NCBI GenBank assembly: GCA_964016885.1
Contig: OZ024744.1
Span: forward strand, 19,654,001 to 19,718,000
Source of the DNA: Eledone cirrhosa
Lineage: Eukaryota
Reading direction: 5' to 3'
DNA length: 64,000 nucleotides
The notes below the pieces were generated by a model, which was given only the letters and a program-made list of their open reading frames with translations, was not told the DNA's origin and made no database searches. Below are positions 13,801-28,399 of the stretch, piece after piece (positions within the stretch are counted from its first letter, which is position 1; each line of letters starts with the position of its first letter). The position numbers were made by a program, and so were the translations under genes.

Positions 13801-16800
13801 AACGGTGCGCGAGTTTGAAATTAGAAATTAGAAATTATAAGCTTTCACCGGATTTTAGAATAAAAAAATTTATAGCTTGATAGTGGGGTTCATAACCCTC
13901 GGAGAAATGGAAAAAGATGAGTGTTGCCACACATGGGCGTCGAACCCACATAATTTGTTATCCAGACCACTGTGCTACCATTACACCAATACACATCCCA
14001 TCTCCTTCCATTCGAATTAGAAGCTATAAACTTAGCAAGTGAATGATAAACAAGCAAATTATAAACGTAAACATGTAAGTATTTTTTTGAAACGGTGCGC
14101 GAGTTTGAAATTAGAAATAATAAGCTTTCACCGTATTTGACACTAAAGAAATTTATAGCTTGATAGTGGGGTTTATAACCCTCGGAGAAATGGCAAAAAA
14201 TGAGTGTTGCCATACATGGGAGTCGAAGCCACATATTTGGTTATCGAGACCACTGTGCTACAATTACACCAATACACATCCCTTCTCCTTCCATTCGAAT
14301 TAGAAGCTATGAACTTAGCAAGTGAATGATAAACAAGCAAATTATAAACGTAAACATGTAAGTATGTTTTTGAAACGGTGCGCGAGTTTGAAAGTAGAAA
14401 TTAGAAATTATAAGGTTTCACCTTATTTTAGAATAAAGAAATTTATAGCTTGATAGTGGGGTTTATAACCCTCGGAGAAATGGAAAAAGATGAGTGTTGC
14501 CATACATGGGAGTCGAACCCACATCTTTGGTTATCCAGACCACTGTCCTACCATTAGACCAATACACATCCCATCTCCTTCCATTCGAATTAGAAGCTAT
14601 GAACTTAGCAAGTGAATGATAAACAAGCAAATTATAAACGTAAACATGTAAGTATGTTTTTGAAACGGTGCGCGTGTTTGAAATTAGAAGTCAGAAATGA
14701 TAAGCTTTCAATGAATTTTAGACTAAAGAAATGTATAGCTTGATAGTGGGGTTTATAACCCTAGGAGAAATGGAAAAAGATGAGTGTTGCCATACCTGGG
14801 AGTCGAACCCACATCTTTGGTTATCCAGACCACTGTGCTACCATTACACGAATACACATCCCATCTCCTTCCATTCGAATTAGAAGCTATGAACTTAGCA
14901 AGTGAATGATAAACAAGCAAATTATAAACGTAAACATGTAAGTATGTTTTTGAAACAGTGCGCTCTTTTGAAATCAGAAATTAGAAATTATAAGCTTTCA
15001 CCGTATTTTAGAATAAAGAAATTTATAGCTTGATAGTGGGGTATATAACCCTCGGAGAAATGGAAAACGATGAGTGTTGCCATACATGGGAGTCGAACAC
15101 ACACCTTGGTTATCCAGACCACTGTATTACCATTACGCGAATACACATCCCATTTACTTCCATTCGAATATAGAAGCTATAAAGTGAGCAAGTGAATGAT
15201 AAACAAGCAAATTATAAACGTAAACATGTAAGTATTTTTTTGAAACGGTGCGCGAGTTTGAAATTAGAAATTAAAAATTATAAGCTTTCACCGTATTTTA
15301 GACTAAAGAAATTTATAGCTTGATAGTGGGGTTTATAACCCTAGGAGAAATGGAAAAAGATGCGTGTTGCCATACCTGGGAGTCGAACCCACATCTTTGG
15401 TTATCCAGACCACTGTGCTACCATTACACGAATACACATCCCATCTCCTTCCATTCGAATTAGAAGCTACGAAGTTAGCAAGTGAATGATAAACAAGCAA
15501 ATTATAAACGTAAACATGTAAGTATGTTTTTGAAACGGTGCACGAGTTTGAAAGTAGAAATTAGAAATTATAAGCTCTCACCGGATTTTAGACTAAAGAA
15601 ATGTATAGCTTAATAGTGGGGTTTATAACCCTCGGAGAAATGGAAAAAGAAGAGTGTTGCCATACATGGGAGTCGAACCGACATATTTGGTTATCCAAAC
15701 CACTGTGCTTCCATTACACCAATGCATATCCCATCTCCTTCCATTCGAATTAGAAGCTATGAACTTAGCAAGTGAATGATAAACGAGCAAATTATAAACG
15801 TAAACATGTAAGTATGTTTTTGAAACGGTGCGCGAGTTTGAAATTAGAAATTAGAAATTATAAGCTTTCACCGGATTTTAGAATAAAAAAATTTATAGCT
15901 TGATAGTGGGGTTCATAACCCTCGGAGAAATGGAAAAAGATGAGTGTTGCCACACATGGGCGTCGAACCCACATAATTTGTTATCCAGACCACTGTGCTA
16001 CCATTACACCAATACACATCCCATCTCCTTCCATTCGAATTAGAAGCTATAAACTTAGCAAGTGAATGATAAACAAGCAAATTATAAACGTAAACATGTA
16101 AGTATTTTTTTGAAACGGTGCGCGAGTTTGAAATTAGAAATAATAAGCTTTCACCGTATTTGACACTAAAGAAATTTATAGCTTGATAGTGGGGTTTATA
16201 ACCCTCGGAGAAATGGCAAAAAATGAGTGTTGCCATACATGGGAGTCGAAGCCACATATTTGGTTATCGAGACCACTGTGCTACAATTACACCAATACAC
16301 ATCCCTTCTCCTTCCATTCGAATTAGAAGCTATGAACTTAGCAAGTGAATGATAAACAAGCAAATTATAAACGTAAACATGTAAGTATGTTTTTGAAACG
16401 GTGCGCGAGTTTGAAAGTAGAAATTAGAAATTATAAGGTTTCACCTTATTTTAGAATAAAGAAATTTATAGCTTGATAGTGGGGTTTATAACCCTCGGAG
16501 AAATGGAAAAAGATGAGTGTTGCCATACATGGGAGTCGAACCCACATCTTTGGTTATCCAGACCACTGTCCTACCATTAGACCAATACACATCCCATCTC
16601 CTTCCATTCGAATTAGAAGCTATGAACTTAGCAAGTGAATGATAAACAAGCAAATTATAAAAGTAAACATGTAAGTATGTTTTTGAAACGGTGCGCGAGT
16701 TTGAAATTAGAAATTAGAAATTATAAGCTTTCACCGGATTTTAGAATAAAAAAATTTATAGCTTGATAGTGGGGTTCATAACCCTCGGAGAAATGGAAAA

Positions 16801-19800
16801 AGATGAGTGTTGCCACACATGGGCGTCGAACCCACATAATTTGTTATCCAGACCACTGTGCTACCATTACACCAATACACATCCCATCTCCTTCCATTCG
16901 AATTAGAAGCTATGAACTTAGCAAGTGAATGATAAACAAGCAAATTATAAACGTAAACATGTAAGTATGTTTTTGAAACGGTGCGCTCTTTTGAAATCAG
17001 AAATTAGAAATTATAAGCTTTCACCGTATTTTAGAATAGAGAAATTTATAGCTTGATAGTGGGGTATATAACCCTCGGAGAAATGGAAAAAGATGAGTGT
17101 TGCCATACATGGGAGTCGAACACACACCTTGGTTATCCAGACCACTGTATTACCATTACGCGAATACACATCCCATTTACTTCCATTCGAATATAGAAGC
17201 TATAAAGTTAGCAAGTGAATGATAAACAAGCAAATTATAAACGTAAACATGTAAGTATTTTTTTGAAACGGTGCGCGAGTTTGAAATTAGAAATTAAAAA
17301 TTATAAGCTTTCACCGTATTTTAGACTAAAGAAATTTATAGCTTGATAGTGGGGTTTATAACCCTAGGAGAAATGGAAAAAGATGCGTGTTGCCATACCT
17401 GGGAGTCGAACCCACATCTTTGGTTATCCAGACCACTGTGCTACCATTACACGAATACACATCCCATCTCCTTCCATTCGAATTAGAAGCTACGAAGTTA
17501 GCAAGTGAATGATAAACAAGCAAATTATAAACGTAAACATGTAAGTATGTTTTTGAAACGGTGCACGAGTTTGAAAGTAGAAATTAGAAATTATAAGCTC
17601 TCACCGGATTTTAGACTAAAGAAATGTATAGCTTAATAGTGGGGTTTATAACCCTCGGAGAAATGGAAAAAGAAGAGTGTCGCCATACATGGGAGTCGAA
17701 CCGACATATTTGGTTATCCAAACCACTGTGCTTCAATTACACCAATGCATATCCCATCTCCTTCCATTCGAATTAGAAGCTATGAACTTAGCAAGTGAAT
17801 GATAAACGAGCAAATTATAAACGTAAACATGTAAGTATGTTTTTGAAACGGTGTGCTCGTTTGAAACTAGAAATTAGAAATTATAAGGTTTCACCGTATT
17901 TTAGACTAAATAAATTTATAGCTTGATAGTGGGGAGAAATGGAAAAAGATGAGTGTTGCCATACATGGGAGTCGAACCCACATCTTTGGTTATCCAGACC
18001 ACTGTCCTACCATTAGACCAATACACATCCCATCTCCTTCCATTCGAATTAGAAGCTATGAACTTAGCAAGTGAATGATAAAGAAGCAAATTATAAACGT
18101 AAACATGTAAGTATGTTTTTGAAACGGTGCGCTCGTTTAAAATTAGAAATTAGAAATTATAAGCTTTCACCGTATTTTAGAATAAAGAAATTTATAGCTT
18201 GATAGTGGGGTTTATAACCCTAGGAGAAATGGAAAAAGATGAGTGTTGCCACACATGGGAGTCAAACCCACATATTTTATTATCCAGACCACTGTGCTAC
18301 CATTACACCAATACACATCCCATCTCCTTCCATTCGAATTAGAAGCTATGAACTTAGCAAGTGAATGATAAACAAGCAATTTATAAACGTAAACATGTAA
18401 GTATTTTTTTGAAACGGTGCGCGAGTTTGAAATTAGAATTTATAAGTTTTCACCGTATTTTACACTAAAGAAATTTCTAGCCTGATAGTGGGGTTTATAT
18501 CCCTCGGAGAAATGGAAAACGATGAGTGTTGCCATACATGGGAGTCGAAACCACACGTTTGGTTATCCAGACCACTGTTCTACCATTACATCAATACACA
18601 TCCCATTCCCTTCCATTCGAAATAGAAGCTACGAACTTAGCAAGTGAATGATAAACAAGCAAATTATAAACGTAAACATGTAAGTATGTTTTTGAACCGG
18701 TGCGCGAGTTTGAAATTAGAAATTAGAAATTATAAGCTTTCACCGTATTTTAGAATAAAGAAATTTATAGCTTGATAGTGGGGTATATAACCCTCGGAGA
18801 AATGGAAAACGATGAGTGTTGCCATACATGGGAGTCGAACACACACCTTGGTTATCCAGACCACTGTATTACCATTACGCGAATACACATCCCATTTACT
18901 TCCATTCGAATATAGAAGCTATAAAGTTAGCAAGTGAATGATAAACAAGCAAATTATAAACGTAAACATGTAAGTATTTTTTTGAAACGGTGCGCGAGTT
19001 TGAAATTAGAAATTAAAAATTATAAGCTTTCACCGTATTTTAGACTAAAGAAATTTATAGCTTGATAGTGGGGTTTATAACCCTAGGAGAAATGGAAAAA
19101 GATGCGTGTTGCCATACCTGGGAGTCGAACCCACATCTTTGGTTATCCAGACCACTGTGCTACCATTACACGAATACACATCCCATCTCCTTCCATTCGA
19201 ATTAGAAGCTACGAAGTTAGCAAGTTAATGATAAACAAGCAAATTATAAACGTAAACATGTAAGTATGTTTTTGAAACGGTGCACGAGTTTGAAAGTAGA
19301 AATTAGAAATTATGAGCTCTCACCGGATTTTAGACTAAAGAAATGTATAGCTTAATAGTGGGGTTTATAACCCTCGGAGAAATGGAAAAAGAAGAGTGTT
19401 GCCATACATGGGAGTCGAACCGACATATTTGGTTATCCAAACCACTGTGCTTCCATTACACCAATGCATATCCCATCTCCTTCCATTCGAATTAGAAGCT
19501 ATGAACTTAGCAAGTGAATGATAAACGAGCAAATTATAAACGTAAACATGTAAGTATGTTTTTGAAACGGTGCGCGAGTTTGAAATTAGAAATTAGAAAT
19601 TATAAGCTTTCACCGGATTTTAGAATAAAAAAATTTATAGCTTGATAGTGGGGTTCATAACCCTCGGAGAAATGGAAAAAGATGAGTGTTGCCACACATG
19701 GGCGTCGAACCCACATAATTTGTTATCCAGACCACTGTGCTACCATTACACCAATACACATCCCATCTCCTTCCATTCGAATTAGAAGCTATAAACTTAG

Positions 19801-22200
19801 CAAGTGAATGATAAACAAGCAAATTATAAACGTAAACATGTAAGTATTTTTTTGAAACGGTGCGCGAGTTTGAAATTAGAAATAATAAGCTTTCACCGTA
19901 TTTGACACTAAAGAAATTTATAGCTTGATAGTGGGGTTTATAACCCTCGGAGAAATGGCAAAAAATGAGTGTTGCCATACATGGGAGTCGAAGCCACATA
20001 TTTGGTTATCGAGACCACTGTGCTACAATTACACCAATACACATCCCTTCTCCTTCCATTCGAATTAGAAGCTATGAACTTAGCAAGTGAATGATAAACA
20101 AGCAAATTATAAACGTAAACATGTAAGTATGTTTTTGAAACGGTGCGCGAGTTTGAAAGTAGAAATTAGAAATTATAAGGTTTCACCTTATTTTAGAATA
20201 AAGAAATTTATAGCTTGATAGTGGGGTTTATAACCCTCGGAGAAATGGAAAAAGATGAGTGTTGCCATACATGGGAGTCGAACCCACATCTTTGGTTATC
20301 CAGACCACTGTCCTACCATTAGACCAATACACATCCCATCTCCTTCCATTCGAATTAGAAGCTATGAACTTAGCAAGTGAATGATAAACAAGCAAATTAT
20401 AAACGTAAACATGTAAGTATGTTTTTGAAACGGTGCGCGTGTTTGAAATTAGAAGTCAGAAATGATAAGCTTTCAATGAATTTTAGACTAAAGAAATGTA
20501 TAGCTTGATAGTGGGGTTTATAACCCTAGGAGAAATGGAAAAAGATGAGTGTTGCCATACCTGGGAGTCGAACCCACATCTTTGGTTATCCAGACCACTG
20601 TGCTACCATTACACGAATACACATCCCATCTCCTTCCATTCGAATTAGAAGCTATGAACTTAGCAAGTGAATGATAAACAAGCAAATTATAAACGTAAAC
20701 ATGTAAGTATGTTTTTGAAACAGTGCGCTCTTTTGAAATCAGAAATTAGAAATTATAAGCTTTCACCGTATTTTAGAATAAAGAAATTTATAGCTTGATA
20801 GTGGGGTATATAACCCTCGGAGAAATGGAAAACGATGAGTGTTGCCATACATGGGAGTCGAACACACACCTTGGTTATCCAGACCACTGTATTACCATTA
20901 CGCGAATACACATCCCATTTACTTCCATTCGAATATAGAAGCTATAAAGTTAGCAAGTGAATGATAAACAAGCAAATTATAAACGTAAACATGTAAGTAT
21001 TTTTTTGAAACGGTGCGCGAGTTTGAAATTAGAAATTAAAAATTATAAGCTTTCACCGTATTTTAGACTAAAGAAATTTATAGCTTGATAGTGGGGTTTA
21101 TAACCCTAGGAGAAATGGAAAAAGATGCGTGTTGCCATACCTGGGAGTCGAACCCACATCTTTGGTTGTCCAGACCACTGTGCTACCATTACACGAATAC
21201 ACATCCCATCTCCTTCCATTCGAATTAGAAGCTACGAAGTTAGCAAGTGAATGATAAACAAGCAAATTATAAACGTAAACATGTAAGTATGTTTTTGAAA
21301 CGGTGCACGAGTTTGAAAGTAGAAATTAGAAATTATAAGCTCTCACCGGATTTTAGACTAAAGAAATGTATAGCTTAATAGTGGGGTTTATAACCCTCGG
21401 AGAAATGGAAAAAGAAGAGTGTTGCCATACATGGGAGTCGAACCGACATATTTGGTTATCCAAACCACTGTGCTTCCATTACACCAATGCATATCCCATC
21501 TCCTTCCATTCGAATTAGAAGCTATGAACTTAGCAAGTGAATGATAAACGAGCAAATTATAAACGTAAACATGTAAGTATGTTTTTGAAACGGTGCGCGA
21601 GTTTGAAATTAGAAATTAGAAATTATAAGCTTTCACCGGATTTTAGAATAAAAAAATTTATAGCTTGATAGTGGGGTTCATAACCCTCGGAGAAATGGAA
21701 AAAGATGAGTGTTGCCGCACATGGGCGTCGAACCCACATAATTTGTTATGCAGACCACTGTGCTACCATTACACCAATACACATCCCATCTCCTTCCATT
21801 CGAATTAGAAGCTATAAACTTAGCAAGTGAATGATAAACAAGCAAATTATAAACGTAAACATGTAAGTATTTTTTTGAAACGGTGCGCGAGTTTGAAATT
21901 AGAAATAATAAGCTTTCACCGTATTTGACACTAAAGAAATTTATAGCTTGATAGTGGGGTTTATAACCCTCGGAGAAATGGCAAAAAATGAGTGTTGCCA
22001 TACATGGGAGTCGAAGCCACATATTTGGTTATCGAGACCACTGTGCTACAATTACACCAATACACATCCCTTCTCCTTCCATTCGAATTAGAAGCTATGA
22101 ACTTAGCAAGTGAATGATAAACAAGCAAATTATAAACGTAAACATGTAAGTATGTTTTTGAAACGGTGCGCGAGTTTGAAAGTAGAAATTAGAAATTATA
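10900..22200. repeat. Higher-order repeat: ~5.77-kb (20-monomer) duplicated block containing a 2,023-bp 7-mer
   Basis: The rare variant gtgtcgccatacat occurs at ~11902 and ~17681 (offset 5,779). Identical ORFs start at 13890 and 19655 (offset 5,765, after a 14-bp deletion). The 7-mer offset of 2,023 is seen for 13890/15913, 19655/21678 and 23411/25434. Confidence 0.85.
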
Positions 22201-25200
22201 AGGTTTCACCGTATTTTACACTAAAGAAATTTCTAGCCTGATAGTGGGGTTTATATCCCTCGGAGAAATGGAAAACGATGAGTGTTGCCATACATGGGAG
22301 TCGAAACCACACGTTTGGTTATCCAGACCACTGTTCTACCATTACATCAATACACATCCCATTCCCTTCCATTCGAAATAGAAGCTACGAACTTAGCAAG
22401 TGAATGATAAACAAGCAAATTATAAACGTAAACATGTAAGTATGTTTTTGAACCGGTGCGCGAGTTTGAAATTAGAAATTAGAAATTATAAGCTTTCACC
22501 GTATTTTAGAATAAAGAAATTTATAGCTTGATAGTGGGGTATATAACCCTCGGAGAAATGGAAAACGATGAGTGTTGCCATACATGGGAGTCGAACACAC
22601 ACCTTGGTTATCCAGACCACTGTATTACCATTACGCGAATACACATCCCATTTACTTCCATTCGAATATAGAAGCTATAAAGTTAGCAAGTGAATGATAA
22701 ACAAGCAAATTATAAACGTAAACATGTAAGTATTTTTTTGAAACGGTGCGCGAGTTTGAAATTAGAAATTAAAAATTATAAGCTTTCACCGTATTTTAGA
22801 CTAAAGAAATTTATAGCTTGATAGTGGGGTTTATAACCCTAGGAGAAATGGAAAAAGATGCGTGTTGCCATACCTGGGAGTCGAACCCACATCTTTGGTT
22901 ATCCAGACCACTGTGCTACCATTACACGAATACACATCCCATCTCCTTCCATTCGAATTAGAAGCTACGAAGTTAGCAAGTTAATGATAAACAAGCAAAT
23001 TATAAACGTAAACATGTAAGTATGTTTTTGAAACGGTGCACGAGTTTGAAAGTAGAAATTAGAAATTATGAGCTCTCACCGGATTTTAGACTAAAGAAAT
23101 GTATAGCTTAATAGTGGGGTTTATAACCCTCGGAGAAATGGAAAAAGAAGAGTGTTGCCATACATGGGAGTCGAACCGACATATTTGGTTATCCAAACCA
23201 CTGTGCTTCCATTACACCAATGCATATCCCATCTCCTTCCATTCGAATTAGAAGCTATGAACTTAGCAAGTGAATGATAAACGAGCAAATTATAAACGTA
23301 AACATGTAAGTATGTTTTTGAAACGGTGCGCGAGTTTGAAATTAGAAATTAGAAATTATAAGCTTTCACCGGATTTTAGAATAAAAAAATTTATAGCTTG
23401 ATAGTGGGGTTCATAACCCTCGGAGAAATGGAAAAAGATGAGTGTTGCCACACATGGGCGTCGAACCCACATAATTTGTTATCCAGACCACTGTGCTACC
23501 ATTACACCAATACACATCCCATCTCCTTCCATTCGAATTAGAAGCTATAAACTTAGCAAGTGAATGATAAACAAGCAAATTATAAACGTAAACATGTAAG
23601 TATTTTTTTGAAACGGTGCGCGAGTTTGAAATTAGAAATAATAAGCTTTCACCGTATTTGACACTAAAGAAATTTATAGCTTGATAGTGGGGTTTATAAC
23701 CCTCGGAGAAATGGCAAAAAATGAGTGTTGCCATACATGGGAGTCGAAGCCACATATTTGGTTATCGAGACCACTGTGCTACAATTACACCAATACACAT
23801 CCCTTCTCCTTCCATTCGAATTAGAAGCTATGAACTTAGCAAGTGAATGATAAACAAGCAAATTATAAACGTAAACATGTAAGTATGTTTTTGAAACGGT
23901 GCGCGAGTTTGAAAGTAGAAATTAGAAATTATAAGGTTTCACCTTATTTTAGAATAAAGAAATTTATAGCTTGATAGTGGGGTTTATAACCCTCGGAGAA
24001 ATGGAAAAAGATGAGTGTTGCCATACATGGGAGTCGAACCCACATCTTTGGTTATCCAGACCACTGTCCTACCATTAGACCAATACACATCCCATCTCCT
24101 TCCATTCGAATTAGAAGCTATGAACTTAGCAAGTGAATGATAAACAAGCAAATTATAAACGTAAACATGTAAGTATGTTTTTGAAACGGTGCGCGTGTTT
24201 GAAATTAGAAGTCAGAAATGATAAGCTTTCAATGAATTTTAGACTAAAGAAATGTATAGCTTGATAGTGGGGTTTATAACCCTAGGAGAAATGGAAAAAG
24301 ATGAGTGTTGCCATACCTGGGAGTCGAACCCACATCTTTGGTTATCCAGACCACTGTGCTACCATTACACGAATACACATCCCATCTCCTTCCATTCGAA
24401 TTAGAAGCTATGAACTTAGCAAGTGAATGATAAACAAGCAAATTATAAACGTAAACATGTAAGTATGTTTTTGAAACAGTGCGCTCTTTTGAAATCAGAA
24501 ATTAGAAATTATAAGCTTTCACCGTATTTTAGAATAAAGAAATTTATAGCTTGATAGTGGGGTATATAACCCTCGGAGAAATGGAAAACGATGAGTGTTG
24601 CCATACATGGGAGTCGAACACACACCTTGGTTGTCCAGACCACTGTATTACCATTACGCGAATACACATCCCATTTACTTCCATTCGAATATAGAAGCTA
24701 TAAAGTTAGCAAGTGAATGATAAACAAGCAAATTATAAACGTAAACATGTAAGTATTTTTTTGAAACGGTGCGCGAGTTTGAAATTAGAAATTAAAAATT
24801 ATAAGCTTTCACCGTATTTTAGACTAAAGAAATTTATAGCTTGATAGTGGGGTTTATAACCCTAGGAGAAATGGAAAAAGATGCGTGTTGCCATACCTGG
24901 GAGTCGAACCCACATCTTTGGTTGTCCAGACCACTGTGCTACCATTACACGAATACACATCCCATCTCCTTCCATTCGAATTAGAAGCTACGAAGTTAGC
25001 AAGTGAATGATAAACAAGCAAATTATAAACGTAAACATGTAAGTATGTTTTTGAAACGGTGCACGAGTTTGAAAGTAGAAATTAGAAATTATAAGCTCTC
25101 ACCGGATTTTAGACTAAAGAAATGTATAGCTTAATAGTGGGGTTTATAACCCTCGGAGAAATGGAAAAAGAAGAGTGTTGCCATACATGGGAGTCGAACC

Positions 25201-28200
25201 GACATATTTGGTTATCCAAACCACTGTGCTTCCATTACACCAATGCATATCCCATCTCCTTCCATTCGAATTAGAAGCTATGAACTTAGCAAGTGAATGA
25301 TAAACGAGCAAATTATAAACGTAAACATGTAAGTATGTTTTTGAAACGGTGCGCGAGTTTGAAATTAGAAATTAGAAATTATAAGCTTTCACCGGATTTT
25401 AGAATAAAAAAATTTATAGCTTGATAGTGGGGTTCATAACCCTCGGAGAAATGGAAAAAGATGAGTGTTGCCGCACATGGGCGTCGAACCCACATAATTT
25501 GTTATCCAGACCACTGTGCTACCATTACACCAATACACATCCCATCTCCTTCCATTCGAATTAGAAGCTATAAACTTAGCAAGTGAATGATAAACAAGCA
25601 AATTATAAACGTAAACATGTAAGTATTTTTTTGAAACGGTGCGCGAGTTTGAAATTAGAAATAATAAGCTTTCACCGTATTTGACACTAAAGAAATTTAT
25701 AGCTTGATAGTGGGGTTTATAACCCTCGGAGAAATGGCAAAAAATGAGTGTTGCCATACATGGGAGTCGAAGCCACATATTTGGTTATCGAGACCACTGT
25801 GCTACAATTACACCAATACACATCCCTTCTCCTTCCATTCGAATTAGAAGCTATGAACTTAGCAAGTGAATGATAAACAAGCAAATTATAAACGTAAACA
25901 TGTAAGTATGTTTTTGAAACGGTGCGCGAGTTTGAAAGTAGAAATTAGAAATTATAAGGTTTCACCTTATTTTAGAATAAAGAAATTTATAGCTTGATAG
26001 TGGGGTTTATAACCCTCGGAGAAATGGAAAAAGATGAGTGTTGCCATACATGGGAGTCGAACCCACATCTTTGGTTATCCAGACCACTGTCCTACCATTA
26101 GACCAATACACATCCCATCTCCTTCCATTCGAATTAGAAGCTATGAACTTAGCAAGTGAATGATAAACAAGCAAATTATAAACGTAAACATGTAAGTATG
26201 TTTTTGAAACGGTGCGCGTGTTTGAAATTAGAAGTCAGAAATGATAAGCTTTCAATGAATTTTAGACTAAAGAAATGTATAGCTTGATAGTGGGGTTTAT
26301 AACCCTAGGAGAAATGGAAAAAGATGAGTGTTGCCATACCTGGGAGTCGAACCCACATCTTTGGTTATCCAGACCACTGTGCTACCATTACACGAATACA
26401 CATCCCATCTCCTTCCATTCGAATTAGAAGCTATGAACTTAGCAAGTGAATGATAAACAAGCAAATTATAAACGTAAACATGTAAGTATGTTTTTGAAAC
26501 AGTGCGCTCTTTTGAAATCAGAAATTAGAAATTATAAGCTTTCACCGTATTTTAGACTAAAGAAATTTATAGCTTGATAGTGGGGATTATAACCCTCGGA
26601 GAAATGGAAAAAGATGAGTGTTGCCATGCATGGGAGTCGAACCCACATCTTTGGTTATCCAGACCACTGTCCTACCATTAGACCAATACACATCCCATCT
26701 CCTTCCATTCGAATTAGAAGCTATGAACTTAGCAAGTGAATGATAAACAAGCAAATTATAAACGTAAACATGTAAGTATGTTTTTGAAACGGTGCGCGTG
26801 TTTGAAATTAGAAGTCAGAAATTATAAGCTTTCACCGGATTTTAGACTAAAGAAATGTATAGCTTGATAGTGGGGTTTATAACCCTAGGAGAAATGGAAA
26901 AAGATGAGTGTCGCCATACCTGGGAGTCGAACCCACATCTTTGGTTATCCAGACCACTGTCCTACCATTATACGAATACATGTCCCATCTCCTTCCATTC
27001 GAATTAGAAGCTACGAAGTTAGCAAGTGAATGATAAACAAGCAAATTATAAACGTAAACATGTAAGTATGTTTTTGAAACGGTGCGCGAGTTTGAAATTA
27101 GAAATTAGAAATTATAAGCTTTCACCGGATTTTAGAATAAAAAAATTTATAGCTTGATAGTGGGGTTCATGACCCTCGGAGAAATGGAAAAAGATGAGTG
27201 TTGCCACACATGGGCGTCGAACCCACATAATTTGTTATCCAGACCACTGTGCTACCATTACACCAATACACATCCCATCTCCTTCCATTCGAATTAGAAG
27301 CTATGAAATTAGCAAGTGAATGATAAACAAGCAAATTATAAACGTAAACATGTAAGTATGTTTTTGAACCGGTGCGCGAGTTTGAAATTAGAAATTAGAA
27401 ATTATAAGCTTTCACCGTATTTTAGAATAAAGAAATTTATAGCTTGATAGTGGGGTATATAACCCTCGGAGAAATGGAAAACGATGAGTGTTGCCATACA
27501 TGGGAGTCGAACACACACCTTGGTTATCCAGACCACTGTATTACCATTACGCGAATACACATCCCATTTACTTCCATTCGAATATAGAAGCTATAAAGTT
27601 AGCAAGTGAATGATAAACAAGCAAATTATAAACGTAAACATGTAAGTATTTTTTTGAAACGGTGCGCGAGTTTGAAATTAGAAATTAAAAATTATAAGCT
27701 TTCACCGTATTTTAGACTAAAGAAATTTATAGCTTGATAGTGGGGTTTATAACCCTAGGAGAAATGGAAAAAGATGCGTGTTGCCATACCTGGGAGTCGA
27801 ACCCACATCTTTGGTTGTCCAGACCACTGTGCTACCATTACACGAATACACATCCCATCTCCTTCCATTCGAATTAGAAGCTACGAAGTTAGCAAGTGAA
27901 TGATAAACAAGCAAATTATAAACGTAAACATGTAAGTATGTTTTTGAAACGGTGCACGAGTTTGAAAGTAGAAATTAGAAATTATAAGCTCTCACCGGAT
28001 TTTAGACTAAAGAAATGTATAGCTTAATAGTGGGGTTTATAACCCTCGGAGAAATGGAAAAAGAAGAGTGTTGCCATACATGGGAGTCGAACCGACATAT
28101 TTGGTTATCCAAACCACTGTGCTTCCATTACACCAATGCATATCCCATCTCCTTCCATTCGAATTAGAAGCTATGAACTTAGCAAGTGAATGATAAACGA

Positions 28201-28399
28201 GCAAATTATAAACGTAAACATGTAAGTATGTTTTTGAAACGGTGCGCGAGTTTGAAATTAGAAATTAGAAATTATAAGCTTTCACCGGATTTTAGAATAA
28301 AAAAATTTATAGCTTGATAGTGGGGTTCATAACCCTCGGAGAAATGGAAAAAGATGAGTGTTGCCGCACATGGGCGTCGAACCCACATAATTTGTTATC

